Positions 19,714 to 30,122 of a stretch of 64,000 nucleotides of DNA are shown here, one piece after another. The number at the start of each line of letters is the position of its first letter. Within the stretch, counting starts at the first letter, position 1. Below the pieces are notes generated by a model that made no database searches, was not told where the DNA came from, and saw only the letters and a list, made by a program, of their open reading frames with translations. The stretch is from an uncultured Planctomycetota bacterium (GTDB taxonomy: Bacteria > Planctomycetota > Planctomycetia > Isosphaerales > Isosphaeraceae). The stretch spans positions 736,001 through 800,000 of the forward strand of contig CAVTTN010000002.1 in the NCBI GenBank assembly GCA_963737655.1. The letters are read 5' to 3'. Made by a program: the position numbers and the translations under genes.

Positions 19714-22113
19714 ATGTTCTCCTCGATCGCCAAGCTCGTCGATCGCCACGGCCTCTGGATCGTCCTGGGATGGCTCGTCCTGGCCGCCATCCTCTGGCGG
19801 TCGGCCCCGGATTGGAACACCGTCGCCAAGGACGACGACGTCAGCTTCTTCCCCGCCGATTACCCCAGCGTCGTCGGCCAGAAGCTCCTCCAGCGCGGCT
19901 TTCCCGACGACATCTCCAGCTCCTCGATGGTCGTGATCGCCGAGAGGCCCGCCGGCAAGTTCACTCCCGGCGATTACGCCTTCGTCGATGAGATCTCGAC
20001 GACCCTCAATCGTCTCGCCAAGGATGAGTCGCTGGGCATCCGCAAGGTGCTCGACCGCAACGCCTTGGGCTTCGGCTCCCGGTTCGTCAAGACGAAGCCC
20101 GAGGGGGGCCAGGTCGCCCTGACGGTCGCCCAGCTTCGCGGCACCTACGTCTCCCGGGAGGCGAGGAAGACCGTCGATGTGATCAATCGTGCCCTGGCCG
20201 AGCTCAAGCCGCCCGACGGCCTCAAACTCGGCACGACCGGCGCGGCCGTCGTGGGCCATGACACCAATAGCGCCTCGACCCGCAGCGTCCACGACACCAC
20301 CAACGTCACCATCCTTTTGGTCGTCGCCATCCTCCTGATCGTGTACCGGTCGCCCGTCCTCGCGCTGATCCCGATGGGGACGATCGCGCTTTCGGCGGCC
20401 GTGTCGCTCTGGTGCATCGCCCTGTTGACGAAAATCCCCGGCCTGAACTTCCAGGTCATCAATATCACCGATATTTTCGTGATCGTGGTCCTCTTCGGCG
20501 CCGGGACCGATTATTGCCTGTTCCTGATCGCCCGGTATCGCGAGGAGCTCGCGCGGGGCCTGCCGCCCCACGAGGCGGTCTCCGAGGCGATCCGCCAGGT
20601 CGGCGGGGCCCTGGTCGCCAGCGCCGGCACGGTGATCCTCGGCCTGGGGATGCTCTGGTTCTCCACCTTCCGCAAGATCCAGTACACCGGCCCGGCCATC
20701 GCCCTGAGCCTGGTCATCGGCTTGATCGGTTCGCTGACGCTCGCCCCGGTGTTCCTCCACTGGTTGCGGGGCCTGGTCTTCTGGCCGTTCAAGCCGCCCC
20801 ATCACACCAAGGGGGCCGACCCGGAGGCCGAGAGCCAGCGAGAGACCCCGCTCTTCGGCTTCTGGTCGGCCGTTTCGGCCCAGGTCGTCAAGCGGCCCGG
20901 CCTGATCCTCCTGGCCAGCCTGGTGGCCCTGACCCCCCTGGCCGTGATCGGCGCCCGGACGCAGTCCAGCTACGACCTCCTGGCCGACCTCGGCCCCGAC
21001 CAGCCGGCGATCGTCGGCGCCGAGATGTTCAAGAAGTATTATGCGTTCGGCGAGCTCGGCCCCTCCACCGTCCTGATCCGCCATCCTAGCCTGAGCTTCC
21101 GGTCGGCCGAGGGTCGCAAGGCCGTGGGCGAGATCACGAAGTCCCTGGCCGAGCTGCCCAACGTGATCGAGGTCCGCTCGCTGACCCGGCCGCTGGGGAC
21201 CCCGTTGGAGCCGCCCAAGGTCCGGCCCAACCCGTTCTCGGCGATCTTCGACCGCGGCCAGCAGGTCCTGGCCCGGGCGACGCAAGCCCAGGTGGACGAA
21301 CATTATGTGTCCACCCGGGCGAAGCTCGGCGACGATCGCGACCACATCACCCGGCTCGACGTCGTCTTCCGCTCCAGCCCGTTCTCGGTCGAGAGCCTCC
21401 GAAGCCTCGACCAGGTCCGCCAGGCCCTCGCCTCGGCCCAGGGCCCGGGGGGCGTCCTCGCCGGCTCCGCCTCGGACGACGTGGGGATCGCCGGGACGAC
21501 CGTCCTGATCAACGACCTCAAGCGCGTCACCAATAACGACGAAAAACGGATGTACTACCTCGTGACCGGAGGCGTCTACCTGATCCTCGTCGCCCTGTTG
21601 CGACGGCCGGGGATCTGCCTCTACCTGATCGTCACGGTCATCCTCGGCTACCTCGCCTCGCTCGGCCTCACCGAACTCGTCTTCAAGGCCTTCCACCACG
21701 GTCCCGAGCCCTGGGCCGGCCTGGACTGGAAGGTCGGCTTCTTCCTGTTCGTGATCCTGGTGGCCGTCGGCGAGGATTACAACATCTTCCTGATGGCCCG
21801 GGTGATCGAGGAAGAGCGCAAGCACGGCGTCATCGAGGGCACCCGCCGGGCCGTGGCGCACACCGGCGGGATCATCAGCTCGTGCGGGGTGATCATGGCC
21901 GGCACGTTCGGCTCCATGCTCTTCGGCAGCCTCACGACGCTGAAGGAACTGGGGTTCGCCCTGGGGCTGGGCGTCCTGCTCGATACCTTCGTGGTCCGGC
22001 CGATCCTCGTCCCGGCCTTCGTCGTCCTCCTCCACCGATCCCGGCCCGGCCGCCTCCACCTGGAATCCCCGATCGCCGCCGACGAAGAAGCCAAGGCGAC
22101 CACCGTCGCGTAG
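19714..22113 (+). CDS. MMPL family (RND superfamily) transporter
   Basis: Two repeats with FGAGTDYCLFLIARYREE and VAVGEDYNIFLMARVIEE; GVLLDTFVVRPILVPA. Confidence 0.95.
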   Translation: MFSSIAKLVDRHGLWIVLGWLVLAAILWRSAPDWNTVAKDDDVSFFPADYPSVVGQKLLQRGFPDDISSSSMVVIAERPAGKFTPGDYAFVDEISTTLNRLAKDESLGIRKVLDRNALGFGSRFVKTKPEGGQVALTVAQLRGTYVSREARKTVDVINRALAELKPPDGLKLGTTGAAVVGHDTNSASTRSVHDTTNVTILLVVAILLIVYRSPVLALIPMGTIALSAAVSLWCIALLTKIPGLNFQVINITDIFVIVVLFGAGTDYCLFLIARYREELARGLPPHEAVSEAIRQVGGALVASAGTVILGLGMLWFSTFRKIQYTGPAIALSLVIGLIGSLTLAPVFLHWLRGLVFWPFKPPHHTKGADPEAESQRETPLFGFWSAVSAQVVKRPGLILLASLVALTPLAVIGARTQSSYDLLADLGPDQPAIVGAEMFKKYYAFGELGPSTVLIRHPSLSFRSAEGRKAVGEITKSLAELPNVIEVRSLTRPLGTPLEPPKVRPNPFSAIFDRGQQVLARATQAQVDEHYVSTRAKLGDDRDHITRLDVVFRSSPFSVESLRSLDQVRQALASAQGPGGVLAGSASDDVGIAGTTVLINDLKRVTNNDEKRMYYLVTGGVYLILVALLRRPGICLYLIVTVILGYLASLGLTELVFKAFHHGPEPWAGLDWKVGFFLFVILVAVGEDYNIFLMARVIEEERKHGVIEGTRRAVAHTGGIISSCGVIMAGTFGSMLFGSLTTLKELGFALGLGVLLDTFVVRPILVPAFVVLLHRSRPGRLHLESPIAADEEAKATTVA

Positions 22114-22161
22114 GGTGCATGCAATGCACCAAATTCGCGGCCATCGGCCGCTCTTCCGGCT

Positions 22162-23322
22162 TCATGCCCCCGCCTCCACGTCCCTCCAGAACTCCGCTTC
22201 CAGAGAGTCCAGATCGACGCCCAAAACCTCCCGGCAAGCCCGCTCAAACTCCCCAGGCCGACACCTCACCACCAGCGCCACGAACCGCTCCGCCCCGAAT
22301 CGCCTCACCAGGTACTCGCAGAACGCCCCGCCGACGGAATAGACCGGGCCGCGGTCCCTCGCGTACCAGAACGAATCCGTCAGCTCCCGAAGCAGCCTCA
22401 ACCGCGACGAGCCGACCTGTCTCGCCCGGGAAAACAGCCGGCGGAAGCCTTCCGGGTCGTTCAGGTCGCGACAGACTTGGTCGATGTCGGCCTCCGACTC
22501 GCGCTCCGACCCCCGGAGGATGTCCCGGGTCCAGAGCGCCGACCGCTTCAGGGTCGCCCGGTCCCAACTTCGCGACTCGGCCCAGCCTTCATTCAGCAGC
22601 ATCGGCGGAAACCCTTCCGGCGAAAGCCTCTGGAAGAGGACCGCATGGGCCAGCTCGTGGCGATCGACGTGACCGGCCGGGCCCTCGGGCGAACCCAGCG
22701 CCAGCCCGAACAGCGACAGGTTCCTCTGGCCCAGCAACGACCCCCGAATCCAGTGGATTTTCGCCCTAAGCGGTTTCCCCGTCAGGCGTTCCAGCTCGGA
22801 AACGTGGGCCTCCATCGCGTCCACGTCGCCTTGAGGGTCCGCGACCGATCGGTCATGGAACATGACCAGATGATCGGATTCCATTCGGCCAGGATAAACC
22901 AGAGGCGCCTCGACCTCGCCGATCGACACCCCGGTCACCGCGAAGCAGACGAACGGGACCGTCGGCGCGATTTGCCCCGATCGATACTGAACAATCCCCC
23001 TCGCCACCACGGCCGAGGCCACGGCCGCCGGGATCAGCCCAAGAAACGCGATGGCCGCGCATCGGAGCCGGCCCGGCCCGCGGATGATTCGCCATAAGCC
23101 CAGAAAAAGGCAGGAGATCGTGCCAAGGATCGCGATCGACCCCGCGGCCACGAACGTCTTGCCCCAGGGGTGAGGGAGCCACAGGCGATACTGGATCGCG
23201 ACCATCGAGGCCACGGCGACGGAACCCAGCCACGAGGCCCCGCAGGCGATCCTCAACGCCCTCGATCCCCGGATCGGCACCGCCTCGGCCGCCGAATTTT
23301 CAGTCAATGTAGGCAAATTCAT
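22162..23322 (-). CDS. membrane-anchored gluzincin-like metallopeptidase (start uncertain; TTG at 23307 possible)
   Basis: N-terminal TM helices; RHELAH..(16 aa)..LNEGWAE; YSVGGAFCEYL..RFG. Confidence 0.7.
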   Translation of the reverse strand: MNLPTLTENSAAEAVPIRGSRALRIACGASWLGSVAVASMVAIQYRLWLPHPWGKTFVAAGSIAILGTISCLFLGLWRIIRGPGRLRCAAIAFLGLIPAAVASAVVARGIVQYRSGQIAPTVPFVCFAVTGVSIGEVEAPLVYPGRMESDHLVMFHDRSVADPQGDVDAMEAHVSELERLTGKPLRAKIHWIRGSLLGQRNLSLFGLALGSPEGPAGHVDRHELAHAVLFQRLSPEGFPPMLLNEGWAESRSWDRATLKRSALWTRDILRGSERESEADIDQVCRDLNDPEGFRRLFSRARQVGSSRLRLLRELTDSFWYARDRGPVYSVGGAFCEYLVRRFGAERFVALVVRCRPGEFERACREVLGVDLDSLEAEFWRDVEAGA

Positions 23323-25429
23323 TGAGGTTCAACAAGGCGAGGGCCAGGTCGGGCAAGGTCCCTTCGCGGAGGAATTCCGTGGCCAGCCGGGCCTCGTCCG
23401 AATCGGGCGGGCGGCCCAGCGCCAGGCGATAGAGCCGATCGACCGGGTCATGGCCTACCTTCGCGGCCCGGGCGGCCAGGGCGTCGGCACACTGGTTGGC
23501 CATGGCCCCGTTCAGGAGGGTCAACGCCTGGGGGGCGATCGTGGTCACGGCCCGTTTCGGGCAACTGGCATTGGTGTCGGGACGGTCGAACGCCTCGAAC
23601 AACGGGAATCGCAAGTTCCGGCGGACGAAGACGTAAAGGCTCCGGCGCCGCCGGTCGTCCTCGTTCGGCGAGACCGGCCAGGCGGCCCCTTTACCGCTCA
23701 ATTTGGTCAATTCCGCCGGGAGCTCGGGGAAGACGCCGGGACCGCCCATGGCCGGGTTCAATCGGCCCGAGACGCTCAGCATGGCGTCGCGCAGGGCCTC
23801 GCCGTCGAGCCGTCGTCGCGAATGCCGCCAGACCAGCGCGTTGTCGGGGTCGAGCTTCGCGGCCCTGGCGTCGAACCGGGACGATTGCCGATACGCGGCG
23901 GACGTGACCATCAATCGATGCATCGCCTTCAGGCTCCAGCCCTGGCGGATCATCTCCGTGGCCAGCCAGTCGAGCAATTCCGGATGCGACGGGTCGTCTC
24001 CCATCGTGCCGAAGTCGCTGGGCGAGGCCACGATCCCCGGGCCGAAATGCCCCTGCCAGACACGGTTGACCATCACCCGGGCCGTGATCGGGTTCTCCGG
24101 ACTCGTCAACCATCTCGCCAGGGCCGACCGCCGGCCGCTGGAATGGCCGGTCGGTGCGATCCGGGGCGGCTCGCTCGCCAGGACGGCCGGGAACGCGGGC
24201 GAGACCTCGGGGCCTTTCGCCGTATGATCGCCTCTCTTCAGGAGATAGGTCGTCGGCACGAAGTTCGGATTCTCGTCCAGGCCGCGGGCGCGGGGCAGGG
24301 GGGGCGGCGGGTTCGTTTCGAGGGTCGCGAGCCGGGCCCGCCAGTCGTCTCGGACCTTCTTCAACGGGCCTTTCATGGCCAGGGCGAGCGCCTCGGGCCG
24401 GATGCGTTTGTCGGCGTTCATCGCTTCGAAGACGAGCCGGACGTCGGCCGTATTCCGGGCCGACTCGGGCTTCGCCCAGGCCGAGGCGGCCTCCTTCGCC
24501 AGCGTCGGCGGAGGCCCCGGGGCGATCGCCTGGCGGAACGGCGTCTCGATGCGGATCAGGGTCGCGCGGACCTGCCCGACCTCGACCTCCCACGCCCGAT
24601 TGCGACGATCGAACTCCGCCCTCTCGGCCGAACTCGCCAGGACGATGTCATCGCAGAATTGCGCGGGGGCGAAGAACGCCTGCAAGGCGTAGAAATCGCG
24701 CTGGGCGATCGGGTCGAATTTGTGATCGTGGCACCGGGCGCACCCGATGGTGAGGCCCAAGAGGGCGGAACCGGCGGTCTCGGTGATGTCGTTCAGGGCG
24801 TTCTGGCGGCGGAGGGCCTGGTCGTTGATGTCCACCATGTCGGGATAGAGGCGATTGAACCCCGTGGCCACGAACGCGGAGGGGTCGTCGGGCGCGACCT
24901 CGTCGCCGGCGACCTGGAGGGTCAGGAATCGGTCGTAAGGCATGTCGTCATTCAGGGCCTTGACGACCCAGTCGCGATATCGCCACATGTCGGGCCGGGC
25001 CTGGTCGTACTCGAAGCCGTCGGAATCGGCGTAGCGGGCCAGGTCCAGCCAGTGCTGGGCCCAGCGTTCGCCGTGATGGGGGCTGGCGAGCAGGCGATCG
25101 ACGAGGTGTTCATACGCCTCGGTCGAGGCGTCCGCGACGAACGCCTCGACCTCCTCCGGAGACGGCGGCAGGCCGATCAGGTCGAACGAGAGGCGGCGGA
25201 TCAGGGTCCGGCGGTCGGCCTCGGGGCCGGGGGCGAGGCCGTTTTCCCGCAATTTCGCGAGGATAAACGCGTCGATCGGGTTCCGCGCCCACCGGGGATC
25301 GTCCGCCCGGGGCGGCTCGCTCCTCTTCGGCGGGAGGAAGGCCCAGTGGGCGCGGTCCTCGGCGGTGATCGGCCGATCGGCGGGGAGGGCGGTCGCGAGC
25401 TGGACGGCCAGGACGAAGGCGAGAGGCAC
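23300..25429 (-). CDS. DUF1549/DUF1553 planctomycete cytochrome-c-like protein
   Basis: HWAF.PP, NPIDAFI, GERWAQHWLDLARYADSDG, CARCHDHKFDPI (CxxCH), PSHPELLDWLA, RRSLYVFVRR, LNLNEFAYID. Confidence 0.95.
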   Translation of the reverse strand: MPLAFVLAVQLATALPADRPITAEDRAHWAFLPPKRSEPPRADDPRWARNPIDAFILAKLRENGLAPGPEADRRTLIRRLSFDLIGLPPSPEEVEAFVADASTEAYEHLVDRLLASPHHGERWAQHWLDLARYADSDGFEYDQARPDMWRYRDWVVKALNDDMPYDRFLTLQVAGDEVAPDDPSAFVATGFNRLYPDMVDINDQALRRQNALNDITETAGSALLGLTIGCARCHDHKFDPIAQRDFYALQAFFAPAQFCDDIVLASSAERAEFDRRNRAWEVEVGQVRATLIRIETPFRQAIAPGPPPTLAKEAASAWAKPESARNTADVRLVFEAMNADKRIRPEALALAMKGPLKKVRDDWRARLATLETNPPPPLPRARGLDENPNFVPTTYLLKRGDHTAKGPEVSPAFPAVLASEPPRIAPTGHSSGRRSALARWLTSPENPITARVMVNRVWQGHFGPGIVASPSDFGTMGDDPSHPELLDWLATEMIRQGWSLKAMHRLMVTSAAYRQSSRFDARAAKLDPDNALVWRHSRRRLDGEALRDAMLSVSGRLNPAMGGPGVFPELPAELTKLSGKGAAWPVSPNEDDRRRRSLYVFVRRNLRFPLFEAFDRPDTNASCPKRAVTTIAPQALTLLNGAMANQCADALAARAAKVGHDPVDRLYRLALGRPPDSDEARLATEFLREGTLPDLALALLNLNEFAYID

Positions 25430-25443
25430 GGATCGGCCTCCTT

Positions 25444-26229
25444 CTATTCCAGGATCTGCACGTTCGGCAACTTCGCCCGGAGGGACGCCCGCCCTCGGGC
25501 CGAGACCTTCGTCCCCGAGAGGGCCAGGAGCCGCAATTCCTTCAGGCCCGAGAGGTGGCGGAGGCCGTCGTCGGTGATGTTCGTATCATCGAGCTTGAGG
25601 GTCTTCAAATGGATCATGCGCGCGACGTACTGGACCCCCTCGTCGCCGACGTCGGTCCGGGACAGGCCGAGGAACTCCAACCGGTCGAGGCCCGAGAGCG
25701 AGGCCATCCCGCGATCGCCGACCCTCGTCTCGTAGAGATAAAGCTCGCGGAGCGATCGCATCCGGCCGACGGCCTCCATCCCGTCGTCCCCCACGTTCGT
25801 CTCTCGGAGTTCCAGGATCTCCAGGTCGGGCAGGTCGGCGATCTGGGCGAGGCCGGCGTCGGAGATCGTCGAGCCGTTGAGCAAAAGCGTCTTCAGGCCG
25901 CGAAGCCCGTTCAGGTCCCGCAAGTCCTCGTCGCGGACGGTCCGGCCATCGAGCATGACCCGCGACACGACGTGAGCAAACCCGGGCCCGATCGACTCGC
26001 GGGCCTTCGTGAGCGTGCCCCTCGGCCCCGGACGATGATCGGGCTTCTCGTCGCCGTCGAGGTTGACGTATCCGCCCAGCCGGGTCGTCGCCGAGACGAC
26101 CCTCTGCCGCCTCCGGGGCTGGTCCGAAAGCCACCCGAGCACGCCTGCCGCCCCCGCCACGAGGAGCAGGAGCACCCAGAGGCGAACACTCCGGCGGGGA
26201 GGGGAAGGCAGGTCGTAGGGCGAAGCCAT
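25444..26229 (-). CDS. membrane-anchored leucine-rich repeat protein
   Basis: One N-terminal TM, then 24-aa repeats L..L.L..T.V.D.G...L. Confidence 0.9.
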   Translation of the reverse strand: MASPYDLPSPPRRSVRLWVLLLLVAGAAGVLGWLSDQPRRRQRVVSATTRLGGYVNLDGDEKPDHRPGPRGTLTKARESIGPGFAHVVSRVMLDGRTVRDEDLRDLNGLRGLKTLLLNGSTISDAGLAQIADLPDLEILELRETNVGDDGMEAVGRMRSLRELYLYETRVGDRGMASLSGLDRLEFLGLSRTDVGDEGVQYVARMIHLKTLKLDDTNITDDGLRHLSGLKELRLLALSGTKVSARGRASLRAKLPNVQILE

Positions 26230-26293
26230 CGGCTCTCCTTGGATTGGGCTTGAGGAGACAATCGCTTCGACCAGAACAAAGGGTGCAGGAAGA

Positions 26294-26376
26294 GCCTTCG
26301 GCAACCGCAGAAGACGCAAATTAGAGAAGGACGCATTCGCCATTTTGAATCTGCGTCATCTGCGGTTGCCGAAGGC
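26294..26376. repeat. inverted-arm element, CGCAGATGA-like 9-nt units
   Basis: GCCTTCGGCAACCGCAGAAGACGCAAATT ... AATCTGCGTCATCTGCGGTTGCCGAAGGC. Confidence 0.85.
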
Positions 26377-26421
26377 CCTTCTTTCTTCCCTCGACCGCGT
26401 GACTCCGACATCGGTTCGCAT

Positions 26422-27839
26422 TCATGCCAGGATGGACCGGACGACTTCTCCGGCGGTGTCCGTCAGCCGTTCTTCCCGGCCGTTGTGGGGGAAGGTGAGG
26501 CGGGTGTGGTCCAGGCCCATCAGGTGGAGGATGGTGGCGTGGAGGTCGTGGACGTGGACGCGGTCGGTCTCGGCGCGGAGGCCGACGGCGTCGGTGGCTC
26601 CGTGGACCGTCCCGCCCTTCACGCCCGCTCCGGCGAGCCAGACGGAGAAGCCGTGGGGGTTGTGGTCGCGCCCCTTGCCCTGCTCGGACATGGGCATCCG
26701 GCCGAACTCGCCTCCCCAGATCACCAGGGTGTCGTCCAGGAGTCCCCGGCGCTTCAGGTCGGTCAAGAGCGCGGCGACGGGCCGGTCGGTCTTCGCGGCC
26801 ATGGTGGCGTGATTCGATTCCACGTCCTCGTGGGCGTCCCAGCCGTTCACGTCACCCGAATAAACCTGGATGAATCGCACGCCCCGCTCGGCCAGGCGGC
26901 GGGCGAGGAGGCACCTGGCGCCGAAATCGGCCGTGACGCGGTCGTCCAGGCCGTAGAGGCGGCGGGTCTCCTCGGTCTCCGAGCCGAGGTCGACGGCCTC
27001 GGCGCGGCGCTTTGCATCCGATAGGCGAGCTCATACGCCTGGATCCTCGCCGAGAGCTCGGAGTCCTCGCCGCGAGCCGCCAGGTGGCGGGCGTTGAGGC
27101 GGCCGATCAGGTCGAGCGTCTTCCTCTGCGAGGCGAGCGACCGCCCCTTCGGCGGGCGGAGGTCCAGGATCGGGCTCTCGCCGGCGCGGACGAGCGTCCC
27201 CTGATAGCTCGCGGCGAGGAAGCCCGAGCCATACGCGGGAGGGCCGCCCTTGATGCCCCCGGCCGGGTCGGGCAAGACGACGAACGCCGGCAAATCCTGG
27301 TTCTCGGTCCCCAGGCCGTAGCCGACCCAGCTCCCCAGGCTCGGCTTGCCCATCAGCACCGAGCCGGTGTTCATCTGATAGACGGCCTGGGGATGGTTCA
27401 CGCTGTCGGCCCAGCACGAGCGGATCACGGCGAGGTCATCGGCGTGCCGGGCGATCTGGGGGAGAAAGTCCGAGACCTCGATCCCGCTCCGTCCGTGCTT
27501 CGTGAAGGTTCGTTTCGTGGCCAGCAGGGGGTTGCGCTCGACCTTCCGCCGGGTGGCGACGGCGCCGAAACTCTCGGGCAGGGGCTTCCCGGCGAGCCTC
27601 TGGAGCTCGGGCTTGGGGTCGAAGGTCTCCAGGTGGCTGGGACCGCCGTGCATGAAGAGATAAATGACTCGCCGGGCCCTCGCCGGGAAGTGGGCGGGCC
27701 GGGGTGCGAGCGGGTTTTCCGGCTCGGCGGCCGGGGCGGGACGGTCGTTCTGGAGGAGCCAGGCGAGGGCGACCGCCCCGAACCCCCCGCCGCCCTGGCG
27801 GAGGAAGTCGCGGCGGGACGCGGAGGGTTCGAGGTTCAT
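26422..27839 (-). CDS. DUF1501 protein with Tat-like signal (apparent frameshift ~27001)
   Basis: [69 protein letters not shown]. One extra base gives MQSAAP-EAVDL. Confidence 0.93.
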
Positions 27840-27901
27840 GGCGGGACCTCGGCGAAGGCGGTTCGAGGCGATCCGGCGGGCGTGGCGATCGGAAGAATCC
27901 T

Positions 27902-27914
27902 TGTTACAATAACA
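27902..27914. promoter_or_regulatory. candidate operator palindrome TGTTA-N3-TAACA
   Basis: AT-rich perfect inverted repeat in the short gap between divergent genes. Confidence 0.45.
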
Positions 27915-27984
27915 TACCGCGACGTCCCGCAAACCGGGGAAGTTCGCGGGATGGCCCTCGGGCGACGAAACAGGACGGACCTCG

Positions 27985-28913
27985 ATGGGGCTGATCGGCG
28001 GGATCGTCCACACGCTCCGGGCCTGGCGGTCGCGGGGCGATCCGGGACCGGCGTTCGACCTTCGCCCGGCCGATGGCGTCGTCGAAGTCGTCCCTCTGCC
28101 GGGAGTTCGGTCGGAACCGAACCCGCGAGACCCCCGCTTCGGCCGGTTCCTGGAGCTGGATTCGGAGGACGGGTCGAAGCCGGCGAGCCGGCGTCGGGGC
28201 GTGCCCCCACTGCTCGGCCGGGTGGCGATCGCGTCGCTGTTCCTCGGCCGGGACGGCAAGTCCTGGTCCGATCCCGAGATCGCCCGGACCCTCGATGCCG
28301 TGATCCGCGCGGCTCGATGGGTCGAGCACGAGGCGATCCGCCATCACGCGGCGGTGAACCTGGATCTGGCCGGGGTGTATTTCGTGGCGGACGATCCGGT
28401 CAGCGAGGCCGAGGTGGAGCTGGCGATCCTGCCGGAAGGCGACCGCGACGGCCTGTTCGAGGCCGACGCGGAGGTGAAGCTGGTGGCCTCGGCCAGCCGA
28501 GGCGCCGGGCGCTCGGGTTCCGCGACGTGGCCGAACTGGCCGATCGCGTGGGCCGGAGGCTCCGGGCCGACTCGCCGGTCTGGCTGATCCATCCGAGGTC
28601 GGCGGGCCGGTCCTTCGTCGTCCCGGAGTCCGAGACCGGGATGATCGGGGTGAACCTGGCGATCTGTTACGCGAGGGAGACCGAATTCCCCGAACGCCTG
28701 GTCGGGGCCCCGTTCCCCGACCCCTCGACGTTCGCCCACGAGCTGCTCCACCTCTTCGGGGCGAGCGACAAGTACGGCCGGCCGCTCTCGTCCTTCCCGA
28801 AGGGGAGCGTCACGAACCGCGATATCATGAGGCTGGAAGTCGAGACCCTGTCAAAACTTCGGATCGATCCGGCGACGGCCCGAGAGATCGGCTGGAACCC
28901 GTCGGGGGGATGA
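27985..28913 (+). CDS. putative zinc metallopeptidase (apparent frameshift ~28505)
   Basis: FAHELLHLFGASDKY (HExxHxxGxxD) and downstream DIM. One extra base gives ASRGA-RALGFRDVAEL. Confidence 0.75.
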
Positions 28914-28959
28914 GGCCCCGGGCCTTCGGTCGGCCCGCTCCCGAGCCTCGCAAAAGAAC

Positions 28960-29000
28960 GCCGCCCGTCCTGACCGGATGGGCCGGTCGGGACGGGCGGC
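28960..29000 (-). terminator. intrinsic terminator between convergent genes
   Basis: GCCGCCCGTCCTGACCGG-ATGGG-CCGGTCGGGACGGGCGGC stem, followed on the minus strand by GTTCTTTT. Confidence 0.65.
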
Positions 29001-29058
29001 GGGTAAGAGGCCGAGGGCTCACCGGGGATTCTGCTCGAACAGAAGGGGCCTGGCTCGG

Positions 29059-29301
29059 TCAGTTCGCCTCGACGAGGCGGTCGGACGAGGCCAGTTGATT
29101 GGCGAGATGCGCCGCGTCGGAAGCCCGGCGGGCGTCGGCATACTTGGCCAGCGGGGCCGAGAAGGTCCCGTCGCCATAGACCCCAACCACGGTGAAGAGA
29201 CCGTGGGCTTCGCTGGTCTCGGCCCGGGTGAACAACCCGGATCGGATCAGGGAAGCCAGGTTTCTCTGCCAGAGCTGGGTATCGGCCAGTTTCGCGGTCA
29301 T
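29059..29301 (-). CDS. small hypothetical protein (80 aa)
   Basis: MTAKLADTQLWQRNLASLIRSGLF...; normal composition and codon usage; terminator downstream. Confidence 0.7.
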   Translation of the reverse strand: MTAKLADTQLWQRNLASLIRSGLFTRAETSEAHGLFTVVGVYGDGTFSAPLAKYADARRASDAAHLANQLASSDRLVEAN

Positions 29302-30122
29302 GGCGAGCCCCTGAGCTGTTGGATGAGGACCTGTCCTTGGCCGGGACGGGCCTGCGGATCGCCCATCCTCTTCCATTCTAGACGTTGAAACGGGCCGGAA
29401 AGTTTTCCGAGCTTCAAAATTTCGCGCCCGGGCCTCCTCCGCCCCCCCTCACGAGCCGCGATGGCCGGACCTTCCGAATCGGGAGGCTCGGACACCGTAT
29501 TATCGGGACTGATCCCCTGGTTGTCATCACCAACCCGACCGTTTGACATCTCCGCGCTGACAGAGACCATCATCGGGTCCGACAATTCGCGGGCATGTCG
29601 GGTTCGCGAGTCAGAACACCCGGGCGGTCAAGCAAATCCAGGGCCGTTGGACCGCGATCGACCTTCCCCGCCCGGATTCGGACGCCGAGAACCCGCCTCG
29701 CCGACTCGCCCGGACGCCTCGGCTCGGCCCGCCGACGTGAGAATTTCCAGAGAATATGAGACAGAATCCTCGCGAAAACGCCGACGACGAGCGTCCGGCC
29801 GATCCCGCGACCTCTTTTGTACCGGGACGCTCGGCGGCGGCGCGCGGATTCAGGAACGCGGCAGTCCCGCGCGATTCTTAGGCACGGACCGCGCGATCCC
29901 GGATCGCGAGCCATTTCCCGGCCCGGTCAAGCTTAGAATCCAGCCGCGAAGGGGCATGGCTGCGGATTTCTTCCCAATTTGGGGCCTCTGCGCAACCTGG
30001 AGTAGGATCCGGAACTCGATGGGTTGGGAGGGGAGGGGCGGGGAGCGGCGTGAGTCCTCTTGATCGCGGGCCGGCATCCTGGGCAAGATCGTCGAACCCG
30101 TCCCGAGAGGATGCCTTCGCCG

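Noticed and set aside
3740..28510. Calling the frameshifted genes pseudogenes or programmed frameshifts
   Set aside because: Both halves keep intact motifs with no internal stops, the genes are unrelated in function, and no slippery-site plus stimulator pattern is shared; sequencing error is more parsimonious.
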